Shown here: piece after piece, positions 1-10,579 of the stretch
Numbering within the stretch: position 1 is the first letter of the stretch
How the letters are laid out: each line of letters starts with the position of its first letter
Assembly: GCA_963707955.1 (NCBI GenBank)
Contig: OY970176.1
Span: 512,001 to 576,000 of the forward strand
DNA: 64,000 bases
Reading direction: 5' to 3'
DNA from: Candidatus Bathyarchaeota archaeon
GTDB taxonomy: Archaea; Thermoproteota; Bathyarchaeia; Bathyarchaeales; Bathycorpusculaceae
The notes under the pieces: model-generated
Databases searched by the model: none
Told to the model about the DNA's origin: nothing
The model's input: only the letters and a program-made list of their open reading frames with translations
Program-made: the position numbers and the translations under genes

Positions 1-137
1 CATCTTCCACCTGTTTCAGGGACATTTTCCTCAAGCAGATACGCATTGAACGAGTTGCCCTTCGACGCTTGGCTGAAGTCTTTCAATCGCAAGGATTATT
101 AGACAAGGTCAATGAATAATAAAAAGGGGGGTGTCAG

Positions 138-635
138 GTGAGTGAGAAAGAAAAAGAGAGGATGAAACTCCTGTTCGAATTGATAAAGGGTGCAAGAAGA
201 AGCGACAGAGAGCTTGCGAAGGCTCTGAAAATCTCCCAGCCAACAGTAACGCGGAAGAGAACACGTTTAGAAATGGAAGGACTCATAGAAGAGTACACGA
301 TTGTGCCAAACCTTGCAAGAATTGGTTTTGAAATCATTGCGTTCACCTTTCTTGCCTTCACGGAATCGACCCCAGAACTACTGGAAAGGGCACGTGAATG
401 GTGCAGGAAGCAGCCAAACGTCATTTTTGCATCAGATGGCGAAGGCTTGGGAATGAACAGCATTATTGTCTCTGTACACAAGAACTATGCTAGCTTTTCG
501 AAGTTGATCACCACTCTCAGGCAAGATTGGCAGCCTAATCTTAAAGACGCACAGAGCTTCATCCTAAGCATGAACAGGCCAGAGCTGACTGTCAAGCCGT
601 TCTCCTTCAGGTATCTCGAACGAGCGAATGTTTAG
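138..635 (+). CDS. Lrp/AsnC family transcriptional regulator
   Basis: N-terminal HTH (ARRSDRELAKALKISQPTVTR) then PNLARIGFEIIAFTF, typical of Lrp/AsnC. Confidence 0.88.
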   Translation: MSEKEKERMKLLFELIKGARRSDRELAKALKISQPTVTRKRTRLEMEGLIEEYTIVPNLARIGFEIIAFTFLAFTESTPELLERAREWCRKQPNVIFASDGEGLGMNSIIVSVHKNYASFSKLITTLRQDWQPNLKDAQSFILSMNRPELTVKPFSFRYLERANV

Positions 636-881
636 AGCCGCCGACTCCTCAGCGTGAACCTGACAATGCTTTGGACCGTTCACAGCCTTAGATCTGTTTG
701 AACCCACAAAAATTGGCAAATGCCGAGGCGATTTCGCTTCTTCTTTCCGCGAGGCTTCTTTTCAATGTGCATCCTTAAAGAAGTTCATTGAAGGATTCAG
801 AAAGCGTCCGCAACTTGGAAAGGCAACTCTTTTTAAGGCTTGACTACAAATCGCTATGAAAGAAAAAAATAGAACCCAACC

Positions 882-1946
882 GTGGTTTGTGTGCACTTGA
901 GACATCATCGGATGCAGCTTCCTAGAGAGGTGATTGTTGGAAACGGCGCAGTGGAACGGGTTGCTGAAGTCACTAGAAGATTGGGGTTCAACCTGTCGGC
1001 GCTCGTGATAGCAGGTTCAAAAACGAACGATATTGCGGGAAAGAGAGTGAGAGAGCTTCTGGAGCAAGCAGGGATGGTAGTCGAGACCATGCTTGTTGAA
1101 GCTGCTACGATCAAAGATGTCGACCGCGTTGAAGAGAGTATAAGGGCTTTTAAGCCTCAGGTTGTCCTCGGAGTAGGCGGCGGAACTAAAATAGACGTCG
1201 CCAAATGTAGCTCCGCGCGGTCAGAGGTTCCGTTCATCAGCGTTCCAACGACAGCATCGCATGACGGAATAGCCAGTCCCTTGTCTTCGATCAAGGGCTC
1301 GGAAAAACCGTATTCAGTGATGGCTCAGGCACCCTTGGCCATAATAGCGGACACGAAAATCATAATGCAGGCTCCTTGGCGACTCGCAGTAAGCGGCTAT
1401 GAAGATGTTGTTGCAAAGTTCACGGCGGTCAAGGATTGGAAGCTTGCCCACATGGAAAGGAACGAGTATTTCGGCGGGTACGCTGCAAGTCTGGCCCTGA
1501 TGAGCGCAAAGCACGTCATGTTCAACGTGCAACTGGTGAAGGAGAAGAGCGAGGAGGGTTTGCGAGTTCTGCTAGAGGCTTTGATAAGCTGCGGTGTTTC
1601 TATGAGCATCGCTGGAAGTAGCCGCCCTTGCAGCGGCTCAGAGCATCTTTTCAGCCACGCGCTTGAGATTATCAGCCCCAACTGCGCCTTGCACGGTGAA
1701 CGTTGCGGAGTCGGGACCGTGATGATGGCCTACCTGCACGGTACTAATTGGAAGCGCATTAGAGAGGTGCTAAGGAAGTTGGGGGCCCCGACGAGTGCTG
1801 AAGAGCTTGGTGTGGAGCGGAACGACGTTTTGAATGCCCTAGAGTTGGCTGCTTCATTGAGACCTGAAAGGTTTACGATTTTGAACAAGCTGAGTTTGAA
1901 CAGGGACGCCTATGAGCACCTTGCGAAAGTGACAGAAGTAATATAA
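882..1946 (+). CDS. egsA: NAD(P)-dependent glycerol-1-phosphate dehydrogenase
   Basis: GVGGGTKIDVAK, PTTASHDGIASP, SRPCSGSEHLFSHAL and HGE motifs; true start may be a few codons downstream. Confidence 0.93.
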   Translation: MVCVHLRHHRMQLPREVIVGNGAVERVAEVTRRLGFNLSALVIAGSKTNDIAGKRVRELLEQAGMVVETMLVEAATIKDVDRVEESIRAFKPQVVLGVGGGTKIDVAKCSSARSEVPFISVPTTASHDGIASPLSSIKGSEKPYSVMAQAPLAIIADTKIIMQAPWRLAVSGYEDVVAKFTAVKDWKLAHMERNEYFGGYAASLALMSAKHVMFNVQLVKEKSEEGLRVLLEALISCGVSMSIAGSSRPCSGSEHLFSHALEIISPNCALHGERCGVGTVMMAYLHGTNWKRIREVLRKLGAPTSAEELGVERNDVLNALELAASLRPERFTILNKLSLNRDAYEHLAKVTEVI

Positions 1947-2160
1947 TATCGCGCACGTCGAATTTTCGCTGTTTCTGCGTTCTCACACATTTATCATGAT
2001 GGCGGCTTAAAATTCCCCGTTTCGCGTTTTGCCTCGTCTAACACACCTACCCCCTCCCCCTCGGTTTTCCGTGCGAAGAGTCCTTTGAACAGGCTTTTCA
2101 TAGTTACTTAGACAGTCGGCCGAGTGGGCCCGGCCGGTTGTCAAGACTAGCGCTGTTGGT

Positions 2161-2913
2161 TTATGTCGTCGATTTCGCTTCAGTTTTGGGTCTTGTTTCT
2201 TTCTCAGGTTTTGCTTCAGCTTTCTTAGGTTCGACCTTGAAGGTTTCAGTGAACTTAACGGCGGTTATTTCTGGGAAGAATCTTTGTATGTCGTTGGCTG
2301 TGCCTCTTTTGGCCACTTGAACGCCTTCGAGGTAAAATGCTTCCTCAGGCATTTCAACGCTGACCGCATTCGTCTTCAGTATGAACCCAAACTTGTTCTC
2401 TTCCACAGCGAGTACTCTTCTGTGAATTAGCGCGGCGATTTTTTCTTTCTTTGTCTCGAGCTTCTTCTTCAGCGTTACCTCGTAGACCAAGGTTTTTCCT
2501 GCCAGTGGAGGGTTAAAATCAAGCAGAACTCGCCCAGCTCCAATGGCTCGAACGGTGGCACTCTTGCCGCCGTATTCAATTCGCATTCCAACGCTTGGAG
2601 TGATGTCTCTTGCTAGTAATTGTTTCAGCGCGACGCGTTTGACTTTCTCTGGGTCTCTTTGTCCGAACGCTTTTTCAGGCGGTATTTCAACAGTAGCGGG
2701 TTTGCCAACCTCCATTGTCGTTAGGCTGTCATCCAGTGTTTTTAGGACCCATCCTTCGCCTATAACCACAAGTTTGGACTCATATATGTCGCCTTCTTTG
2801 TACAGATGCTCCTTTTTAGCTGTCTCTTCAATCGTTGTGTCAAAGATCTCCCCTGTCTCCTTCACCTTTGCAACATATTCCATTAGTATGAAGTCACCCT
2901 TCTGCAAACTCAT
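2161..2913 (-). CDS. FKBP-type peptidyl-prolyl cis-trans isomerase (long archaeal type)
   Basis: GEIFDTT, IPPEKAFG, LDFNPPLAGKTL motifs plus C-terminal extension. Confidence 0.92.
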   Translation of the reverse strand: MSLQKGDFILMEYVAKVKETGEIFDTTIEETAKKEHLYKEGDIYESKLVVIGEGWVLKTLDDSLTTMEVGKPATVEIPPEKAFGQRDPEKVKRVALKQLLARDITPSVGMRIEYGGKSATVRAIGAGRVLLDFNPPLAGKTLVYEVTLKKKLETKKEKIAALIHRRVLAVEENKFGFILKTNAVSVEMPEEAFYLEGVQVAKRGTANDIQRFFPEITAVKFTETFKVEPKKAEAKPEKETRPKTEAKSTT

Positions 2914-3612
2914 TGTGCATCATCCTTTCCAAAGCATTGGCAAACTAGGTTTTAAACCGCAATAAAGCTTTCGCCCTTAGAACTCTCGTTCTTGATCAGC
3001 TGATGGGCAATTCAGACATTCTTTCTTTATTGCTCTGCCTGACGTGCGGTCTGATGTCTGCAACAACCAGACTGAGGCATCGGGGAGCTCGAGGCGGCGC
3101 GCCCAACATGCCAGAATTTGATAGAAGGAATGAGTAAGGCTGTTTTGGAGTTCTACACTTCATTAAAAAGGTTTATTAAGTCTTAATATACCTTAATACT
3201 TGTCTGCTTCGGCAGGTGAGTCCAAGACGAAGAAAACAAGCCTTGCCCGAAAAGAACCATCTTCTCTTTTGAGTCAGAAGAACAAGCAAAAGGAGGAACC
3301 CGACTTGGAAGTAACTGTTTTGCTAACAGATTCGCCTCTTGAAATGAGGAAGCGAGAGGCAAGTAAGCCGCTCTATCTCACTCGATACGAGTAGAAAACG
3401 TTTGTGAAACAGCCTGAAGACGTGAGCTTCAGGTAAATTCTCAGTTATTTTTTCCTACCGTCTGACCTGAAATTCGTTGCGTCTGATTCAATTTCTCCGA
3501 AGACGTTTACGATCGACCTTTTCCTTCTTCAGTTACATGATAACAAGAATTAAATAGTATCTTCTAGTAGTGCTTACTTCTTTAACTTGAAATGTAATCG
3601 AGGTGATAACAA

Positions 3613-3825
3613 ATGGTCAGTGAAGGAAAAGGTCGCCTTTTCAGAAGGAAAGACGGAAAGTACCTGCTATACATACCGGTGGACCTGGCTGAGGACAGTA
3701 TGTTTCCATTCAAAGAGTACAAGAAGACTAAAAGGGGAACTGACGCCATTCCTGTTAAAGTTGCTTTCAAGCAGGGAGAGAAGAGGCTCCTGATAGAAAG
3801 ATGGAATGAACCTGCTGAAGAGTAG
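3613..3825 (+). CDS. Small AbrB/SpoVT-like DNA-binding protein
   Basis: 70 aa, YLLYIPVDLA beta-strand pattern; GAGGTGA ribosome-binding site upstream. Confidence 0.55.
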   Translation: MVSEGKGRLFRRKDGKYLLYIPVDLAEDSMFPFKEYKKTKRGTDAIPVKVAFKQGEKRLLIERWNEPAEE

Positions 3826-3924
3826 AAGCAAGCATATCACCTTGCACAGATGCCACGACCAAACCTAAAAAGGCTTGCCAGTTTGGCAACAACCGTGGCT
3901 CCCCAAACTCTAACTTCTTTCCTT

Positions 3925-4289
3925 CTACTCAGTTAGTCCTTCAAGGATTTCATTCGCTGTTCTGATGCTGATTTTCCTGCTCTTTAGTTTCGTTGATTTT
4001 TCGATTTGACTCAGGGCCAAGACCTCTGTCTGTCGTAATGTATGACCAGAATGAACCCTGCCGACAGTATGGAAAAACCAAAAAAAGTCAGGATCAGTCC
4101 CAGTGTACCGGATTGACTTAGGGGTTGTTGAAGCATGAATGGAAAAAGATTCAGCTGCCCCACAGCCATAATCGTGACGATGAGGCCCCCTATCAGCAGG
4201 TTCATGCCAAGGGTCATCATCAAGAACGCTAGGATTTCGCTATGGGCGTTCTGCTAAGCCTTTCTGTACAGAAAGTCTTCATAAGACAA
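3925..4289 (-). pseudogene. Disrupted two-TM membrane protein
   Basis: TTG start LSYEDFLYRKA, in-frame TAG at 4254-4256, two hydrophobic helices, then a 1-nt shift near 4012 into LSQIEKSTKLKSRK...TE*. Confidence 0.5.
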
Positions 4290-4569
4290 TTGTTACCATT
4301 CAACGCTCTGGAACTCACGCAGAACGTGTTGGACAAAAATAGTAAGGTTTGTGATTTTCTGATTAGGATTCAAAATACAATTTTGCACCGTTGAGATCAT
4401 TGCCTACAAATTGGAACGCGTTTGGCAGACAAGTCCTGCGAGATGTCGAGTTACAATGGTTCAGCAACCAAGTTGAGATGCGTCAGAGGGGTCATCGGCG
4501 CTGATGTTGAGATTCCCATAAAATGCGCGTGTTAAAATAAGGTGAGGATCGAAATCTTACTGTCTAGGC

Positions 4570-4803
4570 TCAACTGTTGATGGTTCTGGAAGTATGAGAC
4601 GCGCCAGTCTTCGAATCCTCTGCCACCTTATCAGACGTCAAACACGATCTCTTTGGAAGGTCATGAGGATGTCGTTTTAATCGCACTCGATTGTGACAGT
4701 AAGGGCACATTTCACGACTTGAACTGTCAAATGCCAAAGCTGTTCTCGCAATCCAGCGCTCGCAATGGCCACAGTAGGCACTGTGTTCATATTTCCTGTT
4801 CAT
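4570..4803 (-). CDS. Small zinc-ribbon protein
   Basis: CGHC...CPYC; directly downstream of the HtrA gene. Confidence 0.5.
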   Translation of the reverse strand: MNRKYEHSAYCGHCERWIARTALAFDSSSREMCPYCHNRVRLKRHPHDLPKRSCLTSDKVAEDSKTGASHTSRTINS

Positions 4804-4823
4804 CGTGATCGCTCGCTTGGCAC

Positions 4824-6080
4824 TTATGTTGGTGGCGGTCGCGTTCCTAGCGTCAGCGACAAAGTTAGATTCTCGTCGTTTCTTACCACCACTATACTGA
4901 TCGTTTGGCCTGGTGAAGTTGACTCTTCCAAGTAAGTTGAGAGATCGTCCGTGGTCGTGATTCTTGTGTTGTTGATTGCTATTACGATGTCTCCTCCTAT
5001 TGTCACCGACGTTCCAGAAGCAGTGTCCTGGAATCGGGTTGCGCCGGTTCGGAGACCAGCTTTGTCCGCTGGTCCTCCGCTTGTGACCTGAGTGATTAGC
5101 ACACCGTAGGTTACGTTTGTGCTCATCGCTTGTGCAATCGCATAATCCATGCTATAGCCGGATGTTCCTAACCAAGGATGACTGTCATATGAACCCGTTG
5201 TGATCAAAGATTCCGCTTCTCGCAGTATCATGCTCGAAGGGATTGCCAGCCCCAACCCTTGAGCAGCCACTCCTTCGTAAGTTGCAGTGTAGGAGGTTAT
5301 GCCGACGACTTCACCTTGATAGTTCAAGAGTGGCCCTCCTGAGTTACCCGGGTTTATTGGCGCCGTCATCTGTATGCAATCTGCTATGTCATAGCTGGAC
5401 CAGGACACCGAGACTGTCCTACCCAAGGCGCTGACTATTCCCGAAGTCATTGATCCTGTGTATCCCAAGGGATTGCCGACGGCGAACACGGGGTCGCCAA
5501 CCTTTAAGGTTGATGAACTCGTGATTCCAAGGGGCTTGTACTCGTACTGTGGCGCCTTTGCTGAAAGCACCGCAAGATCCGCGTAAGGATCTGTACCGGT
5601 CACGTTAGCTGCGTAAGTGTCTCCGTCAGCGAACGTTACGGTAACGTTGATTGCGCTTTCGACAACGTGGTAGTTTGTGATGATGACAAATTGCCCGGTC
5701 AAGTTGGAGACAAAGCCTGAGCCCTCAACCCCTGAGTAGTAGGGATTACCGAAAAAGTCGTATTCTACTAATATTCCTTGAACCATGACGACAGAGTCTT
5801 TGACCTGCTTGTACAATTGAGACAGCGAAACATTGTCTTCTAGAAGATAAGTGTTGTTCTCGTAAGTGACGTTGTCGGAGGATGAGCCTTGTGTCGACTT
5901 GAGACCTGTAACCTGTTTGTTAAGAGTTGACACTTCGCTTTGGAGGCTGCTGATTTGGCTTGAAGTGGCCAAGCTGCTCATGCCATACCCGAATATTCCT
6001 CCAATCAACAAACTTATGATGACTGTCGCGATCAAAACCGCGGATAGATGCCGGGCTTTTGGTCTTTCAGGCAATTCCAA
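4824..6080 (-). CDS. htrA: Membrane-anchored HtrA/DegP serine protease with PDZ domain
   Basis: N-terminal TM, TNYHVV, DLAVL, PINPGNSGGPL triad motifs, C-terminal PDZ. Confidence 0.93.
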   Translation of the reverse strand: MELPERPKARHLSAVLIATVIISLLIGGIFGYGMSSLATSSQISSLQSEVSTLNKQVTGLKSTQGSSSDNVTYENNTYLLEDNVSLSQLYKQVKDSVVMVQGILVEYDFFGNPYYSGVEGSGFVSNLTGQFVIITNYHVVESAINVTVTFADGDTYAANVTGTDPYADLAVLSAKAPQYEYKPLGITSSSTLKVGDPVFAVGNPLGYTGSMTSGIVSALGRTVSVSWSSYDIADCIQMTAPINPGNSGGPLLNYQGEVVGITSYTATYEGVAAQGLGLAIPSSMILREAESLITTGSYDSHPWLGTSGYSMDYAIAQAMSTNVTYGVLITQVTSGGPADKAGLRTGATRFQDTASGTSVTIGGDIVIAINNTRITTTDDLSTYLEESTSPGQTISIVVVRNDENLTLSLTLGTRPPPT

Positions 6081-6099
6081 TTACAATCCTCCTTAATCA

Positions 6100-6882
6100 T
6101 TATAGTCTTTTTCTGCAATTGGGACATCTTTCGTCGCTGGGCTGAATCTTGCTCCCACAGTGTGGACACATGAGCTTCTTCCTTACTAGATGAAGCCCCT
6201 GCTTTTCCTTCGTGATTTTTCCATCCTGTAGAAGGAGCATTCTCTCAGTATGTGACGCTACTTGACTATCGTGTGTTACCATTATGATCGTGGTTCCTCG
6301 ATCAATGTTCAAGTTTGCGAGTAATCTAACAATTTCATACTTGTTTTTCGTGTCCAGATTTCCAGTAGGTTCATCAGCCAGAATTATGGCTGGATCATTT
6401 GCCAGAGCACGTGCTATCGCCACCCTTTGCTGCTCACCAGCGCTCAACCGCTGTGGCCTGTGTTCTTCTCTTCCTCCCAGCCCTACTAGTTCCAGTAATT
6501 TGCGAGCTTTTTCTTTTCTTTCGGTTTTAGATTTTCTAGTGGATTCCATGGGTAGTTCCACGTTTTCGGCAGCGTTTAGGTATGGCAGAAGGTTGAAAGT
6601 CTGGAAGATAAACCCAATTTTGTTCCTTCTAATTTTGCAGAGTTGTTTGTCGGGCAGTTTTGCGACATCGACTTGGTCCAGGACCATTTTTCCACTTGTT
6701 GGTTTGTCAAGACAGCCTAAAACATTTAGCAGTGTTGTCTTGCCTGAACCAGAAGGCCCCATGATCGCAACAAACTCGCCTTTGTTCACTTGAAGGTTCA
6801 CGCCGGAAAGGGCAGGGATCTTGCGCTTGTTCAAGGTGTAGATTTTCGACAGGCCTTCTGCTTTAAGAATGACTTCACTCAT
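6100..6882 (-). CDS. ABC transporter ATPase (LolD/MacB type) with C-terminal zinc ribbon
   Basis: GPSGSGKT, LSAGEQQR, ILADEPTGNLD; CPHC...CPNC tail. Confidence 0.93.
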   Translation of the reverse strand: MSEVILKAEGLSKIYTLNKRKIPALSGVNLQVNKGEFVAIMGPSGSGKTTLLNVLGCLDKPTSGKMVLDQVDVAKLPDKQLCKIRRNKIGFIFQTFNLLPYLNAAENVELPMESTRKSKTERKEKARKLLELVGLGGREEHRPQRLSAGEQQRVAIARALANDPAIILADEPTGNLDTKNKYEIVRLLANLNIDRGTTIIMVTHDSQVASHTERMLLLQDGKITKEKQGLHLVRKKLMCPHCGSKIQPSDERCPNCRKRL

Positions 6883-8273
6883 ACCTCATCGCCTCTGCAG
6901 GTCTTGTTCTTGACGCTCTCCAAGCCGGGTACAGACTGCCTACGGCTCCCAGCAACACAGACCGCCCCGATCGCGATCATCATTGTCTGAAGAGAAGGCG
7001 TCACCGTGACGGTCGATGCGCCCAATACTCCAAAGCTAGCAAAGTTGCCGCCGTTCGAAGTTCCTGGACGGAACTGAGAGTTGCCGCTTGAACCGGTTAT
7101 TTGGGGAAGCAGAATCCCCGACAGAAAAGGCGCTCCAACGTAGCCTATCGCTATGCCCACGACGCCGGCTGCGAGACTCAGCAGCATTCCTTCGAGCATA
7201 AACTGGCTCATCACGTTCCAGTTGCCGAAGCCTATCGCCTTGAGCGTACCGATCTCCTTGGTCCTCTCACGCACAGTATACAACATGACAAACAGGACTA
7301 TCAGGCAAGTTGCCACGACTGCAATCATGATTTCTTGAGTTGCGACCGTCTCCGTGTTGCTGAGGGTTGCCTGAGCATTCGTCAACGTCTGGTTGTACAT
7401 AGTCTGCATGTTGTCGAGCTGGCTCAGGCGGTCCTTGTACGTCGTGACCTGAAGACTTGTGTACGCCGCTCCTATCGCCGTGGCTATATCATCCACATCG
7501 GAAACATCGTCCGCGTACACGTCGAGCCTAGTCAAGTTCCCTGTAAGGCCCGTTGCCGTCTGTGCATCAGTGATGTTCATGTACGCACTTCTTGTTTCCG
7601 TGCTTCCCTGGCCCGACGCGTTATAGACCCCGACCACCGTAAAGGACTTGCCGTAGATTGTCACCTTGCCACCGACTCCTACTCCAAAATAGGCCGTGAG
7701 GTTCGAGCTCAAAAGAACGACCCCGCTGTCCCCCTCGCGCAGGTTCCTCCCCGCCGTTATGTTCGTTGGCAAAATGGAATAGTCTTCGATGAAAGAGGAA
7801 TTCAGGGTAATACCCGTAATCGTATAGACAGGCCTAGAAATCGTGAAGCTTCTTCCCTCAGGTCCGCTTATGGTTTCCGAAGTCGTCTCACTGGACGACG
7901 CCGTGAGGAATTCCACAACGTTCTTGACACCGCTAATAGTGCGAATTCCATTGGCAACGGATTCGTTCACATAGGTTTGAGTTTGATTTTGCTGCGACCC
8001 TCCGAACGGAAATCCGGATGATCCACCGGGGAACGTGCCTTGTCCAGAAGTCTGACATTCTATCAGCGTAGCAGTCTTGTTGATTTGTTGTTGCATAGTG
8101 GTCATCGTACTGTTGAAATTCGTGGTCATGGATTGCGCGGCTTCCTGATTTGCCATGATGCCCGCAGGAATCGAAACCATGATTGCCAAAGAAAAGCCCA
8201 AGGCAACGATCACCAATAACGCTCTCATTTTCCTTCTCGACAAGTTCCTAATTGCTCTAGTCAAGGCACCCAT
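6875..8273 (-). CDS. ABC transporter permease (MacB/FtsX type), apparent +1 frameshift near 6960
   Basis: ERTKEIGTLKAIG motif; the conserved end VLLGAVGSLYPAWRASRTRPAEAMRYE* lies in another frame after the insertion, stop at 6875-6877. Confidence 0.88.
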
Positions 8274-8434
8274 ATGGTTCACCGCCACAAAAACGCCGTG
8301 TCTGATCCAAAAAAGAGGGATGGCAAACAGTCAATTTTGGCATCGTTCCACCCAGACGGGGATTAAGGTTTTGAGACTGTTTCACTGCTGCCATCTCCTC
8401 GCTTTGGTTGCAATGTTTCTTCAAGTACAGTGGG

Positions 8435-8482
8435 TTATTAAACCGTTTTTCAGAATTATACCATAATCCGCCCCTAATTTGA
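8435..8482 (-). promoter_or_regulatory. BRE-TATA promoter with conserved upstream motif (copy 1), ahead of the ABC/HtrA operon
   Basis: Plus strand ttattaaaccgtttttcagaattataccataatccgcccctaatttga; similar to 9342 and 11552. Confidence 0.6.
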
Positions 8483-9341
8483 ATGTGCACTGTTGTCGGC
8501 CATCACAGGCAGAACCTGAAGGACGTAGTCGTTATCGAAGTTCTTTATACCGTTGGATTTGGTGGCTTTAGAACTCAGGTGTTGCTTCCATCTGGCCTCG
8601 TTTAAGCTAATAGCAACATTGTTGAAATCACACACTGGCTAGAATCCTAACTCACCCTATGATGCCTGTTTGACATGAGCAACTTGTGTTATGGCGCAAC
8701 GATGCCAAGCTGCATTGTTTGCACAGAGCCATAAACCATAATTCAAGCAATAATAACTCCTGCCAATCGATAGCATTCATCACATGAATCTGAGGCATCA
8801 TCCTTTCATCAAGAAAGTGACTCGCCTTTTGGCGCCGTCTTTCATTCAGTCCTCCGAGTTCTCGATTCCATACAGTTTAAGGGCGGATGGAAAATCCTTG
8901 GCGGAATGCAGAAAAATCATGACTCTGAGCACATGAACTGCGTCTTGCCCAACCCTTGCAACTTCCTTGCTAACTTTCCGAATAAAGCCTTTCTCAGCAT
9001 CAATTGTGCTTTTGAATTTCTTGGTCACGGATTCCATCCTAATCAACACCCTTTCCTCCGGCGCTTGTCCTCAAGAAAGTCGAATGAAATATTGCGACTT
9101 CCGTCATTGTCTCCACCAACAACGAGGCAAATATCCCATATTTGTCCAATCTAGCCCTCTCCCTTCTTGGTTCTTTCGTCTGTTCTTCTTCTTCGGTTCT
9201 CGCTAAGGTCCAGAGAGACTGAAAGGAGAAAGGAGAGAAGGGAAAAATGATATTCAGCTTTTCTGGGCCTTCACGAGTCCTTCTCGAAGAATGGTTTTTG
9301 CAGACTTGTTCTCAACCTCCAAACTGGTCATGGTCTTCGAA

Positions 9342-9389
9342 TTATTAAGGCGTTTTTCAGAATTTTACCCAATTCCAGCCCTAATCTGA
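9342..9389 (-). promoter_or_regulatory. Same promoter motif (copy 2), divergent from the wHTH regulator
   Basis: ttattaaggcgtttttcagaattttacccaattccagccctaatctga. Confidence 0.6.
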
Positions 9390-9494
9390 CCTTAAGCTCC
9401 CGCAGATCTGACGACAAGGACTTGGGGACATATTTATTACCTTAGTTCAAATAGGTTTAGCTAAAAACTCCTTGATGTGTACGGAGCGGTGTGG

Positions 9495-9797
9495 ATGTCT
9501 GCTAGTGCGCGCCCGTTCAAGTATTTACTCGGATGGCTAATCGCAGGCACCAGAGGCGGGGTGACCCGCGCTAGAATAATCCAGACCTTGAAGGAGACTC
9601 CGCAAAATGCAAATCAGTTGGCAAACAAGCTTGGAATGGATTATAGGACAATAAGGCATCATCTCGGAGTGCTTGAGAAGAACAGAATAATCACATCGGC
9701 TGGAGAGGGGTATGGCATCACATATTTCTTGTCTCCAGCGATGGAAGAGAATTACGCCTTGTTTGAGGAGATTTTGAAGAAAATCTGGAAAAAGTAG
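9495..9797 (+). CDS. Winged-helix (ArsR-like) transcriptional regulator
   Basis: GTRGGVTRARII...PQNANQLA...DYRTIRHHLGVLE. Confidence 0.85.
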   Translation: MSASARPFKYLLGWLIAGTRGGVTRARIIQTLKETPQNANQLANKLGMDYRTIRHHLGVLEKNRIITSAGEGYGITYFLSPAMEENYALFEEILKKIWKK

Positions 9798-9814
9798 AAA
9801 AGGGAGCAAAACAA

Positions 9815-10267
9815 ATGAAGAATCGGATGAACAAAAACGTTAGAAATGGGTTAATACTGACAACGTTGATAGTGGTAGTGGTAGCTGTATGGGCAGCACT
9901 ATGGGCTGCATCCGTCTCTTGGTTTCCGCGTTATCCTTTTGAACTTCGGCCGCCGCCTCCTGGCACCAATCGTTACGACATACAGCTTTTCTATACTGTA
10001 GAAACAGTAGTTTCCGCGGTCAATGTGACGCTTTCAACCATTCTATTGCTCATGTACGTTAGCATATACAGGAGGACGCGGTCGGAGTTTACAATAGGGC
10101 TAATGATATTTTCAGCAGTCCTTCTTCTACATGCTTTCGTCTCCTTTCCTTTGCTAGGCCGAGCTTTTGGTTTCTATCCTTATGGTCTCGGCCCGTTTGC
10201 CATGCTGCCCGACTTGTTCACATGCCTTGCACTAGTAGTTCTTCTATACCTCACCTTCGAATACTAA
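9815..10267 (+). CDS. Four-TM membrane protein, likely co-transcribed with the wHTH regulator
   Basis: Four hydrophobic segments; starts 17 bp after the regulator. Confidence 0.75.
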   Translation: MKNRMNKNVRNGLILTTLIVVVVAVWAALWAASVSWFPRYPFELRPPPPGTNRYDIQLFYTVETVVSAVNVTLSTILLLMYVSIYRRTRSEFTIGLMIFSAVLLLHAFVSFPLLGRAFGFYPYGLGPFAMLPDLFTCLALVVLLYLTFEY

Positions 10268-10579
10268 GAGTGCAATTCATAATATGATTCCATCGCTCTA
10301 GTGGAATCAAGGTAATCAAAGAATTGTTGCCTTTTCATCAAGAAATAGCAGATCCCCCGGAGAAATCGCTGTTGTCACAATGGTCTTGGAAGTTCTCACA
10401 AAATCAAAGCTCAATTTAATAACTCCCTCCTCCGGCTCTTAGTAAGCGCGGATCAAGATGTTTTTGATTTCACGCCACATTAGAGCAACGAATAGCGCGC
10501 GCTGCAAATATGATGAAGCCAGAATAATGGACTCTTATTCCAGCTGTAGAGAACTGATGCCACTTTCAAGGTTCACAAA

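Noticed and set aside
3200-3394. 64-aa ORF after a TATA-like tract
   Set aside because: No recognisable features; cannot be supported from sequence alone.
4254-4256. In-frame TAG as possible pyrrolysine read-through
   Set aside because: The same gene also has a frameshift and no pyl genes are in the window; decay is simpler.
7101-8021. 306-aa plus-strand ORF
   Set aside because: Antisense shadow of the ABC permease; no recognisable motifs.
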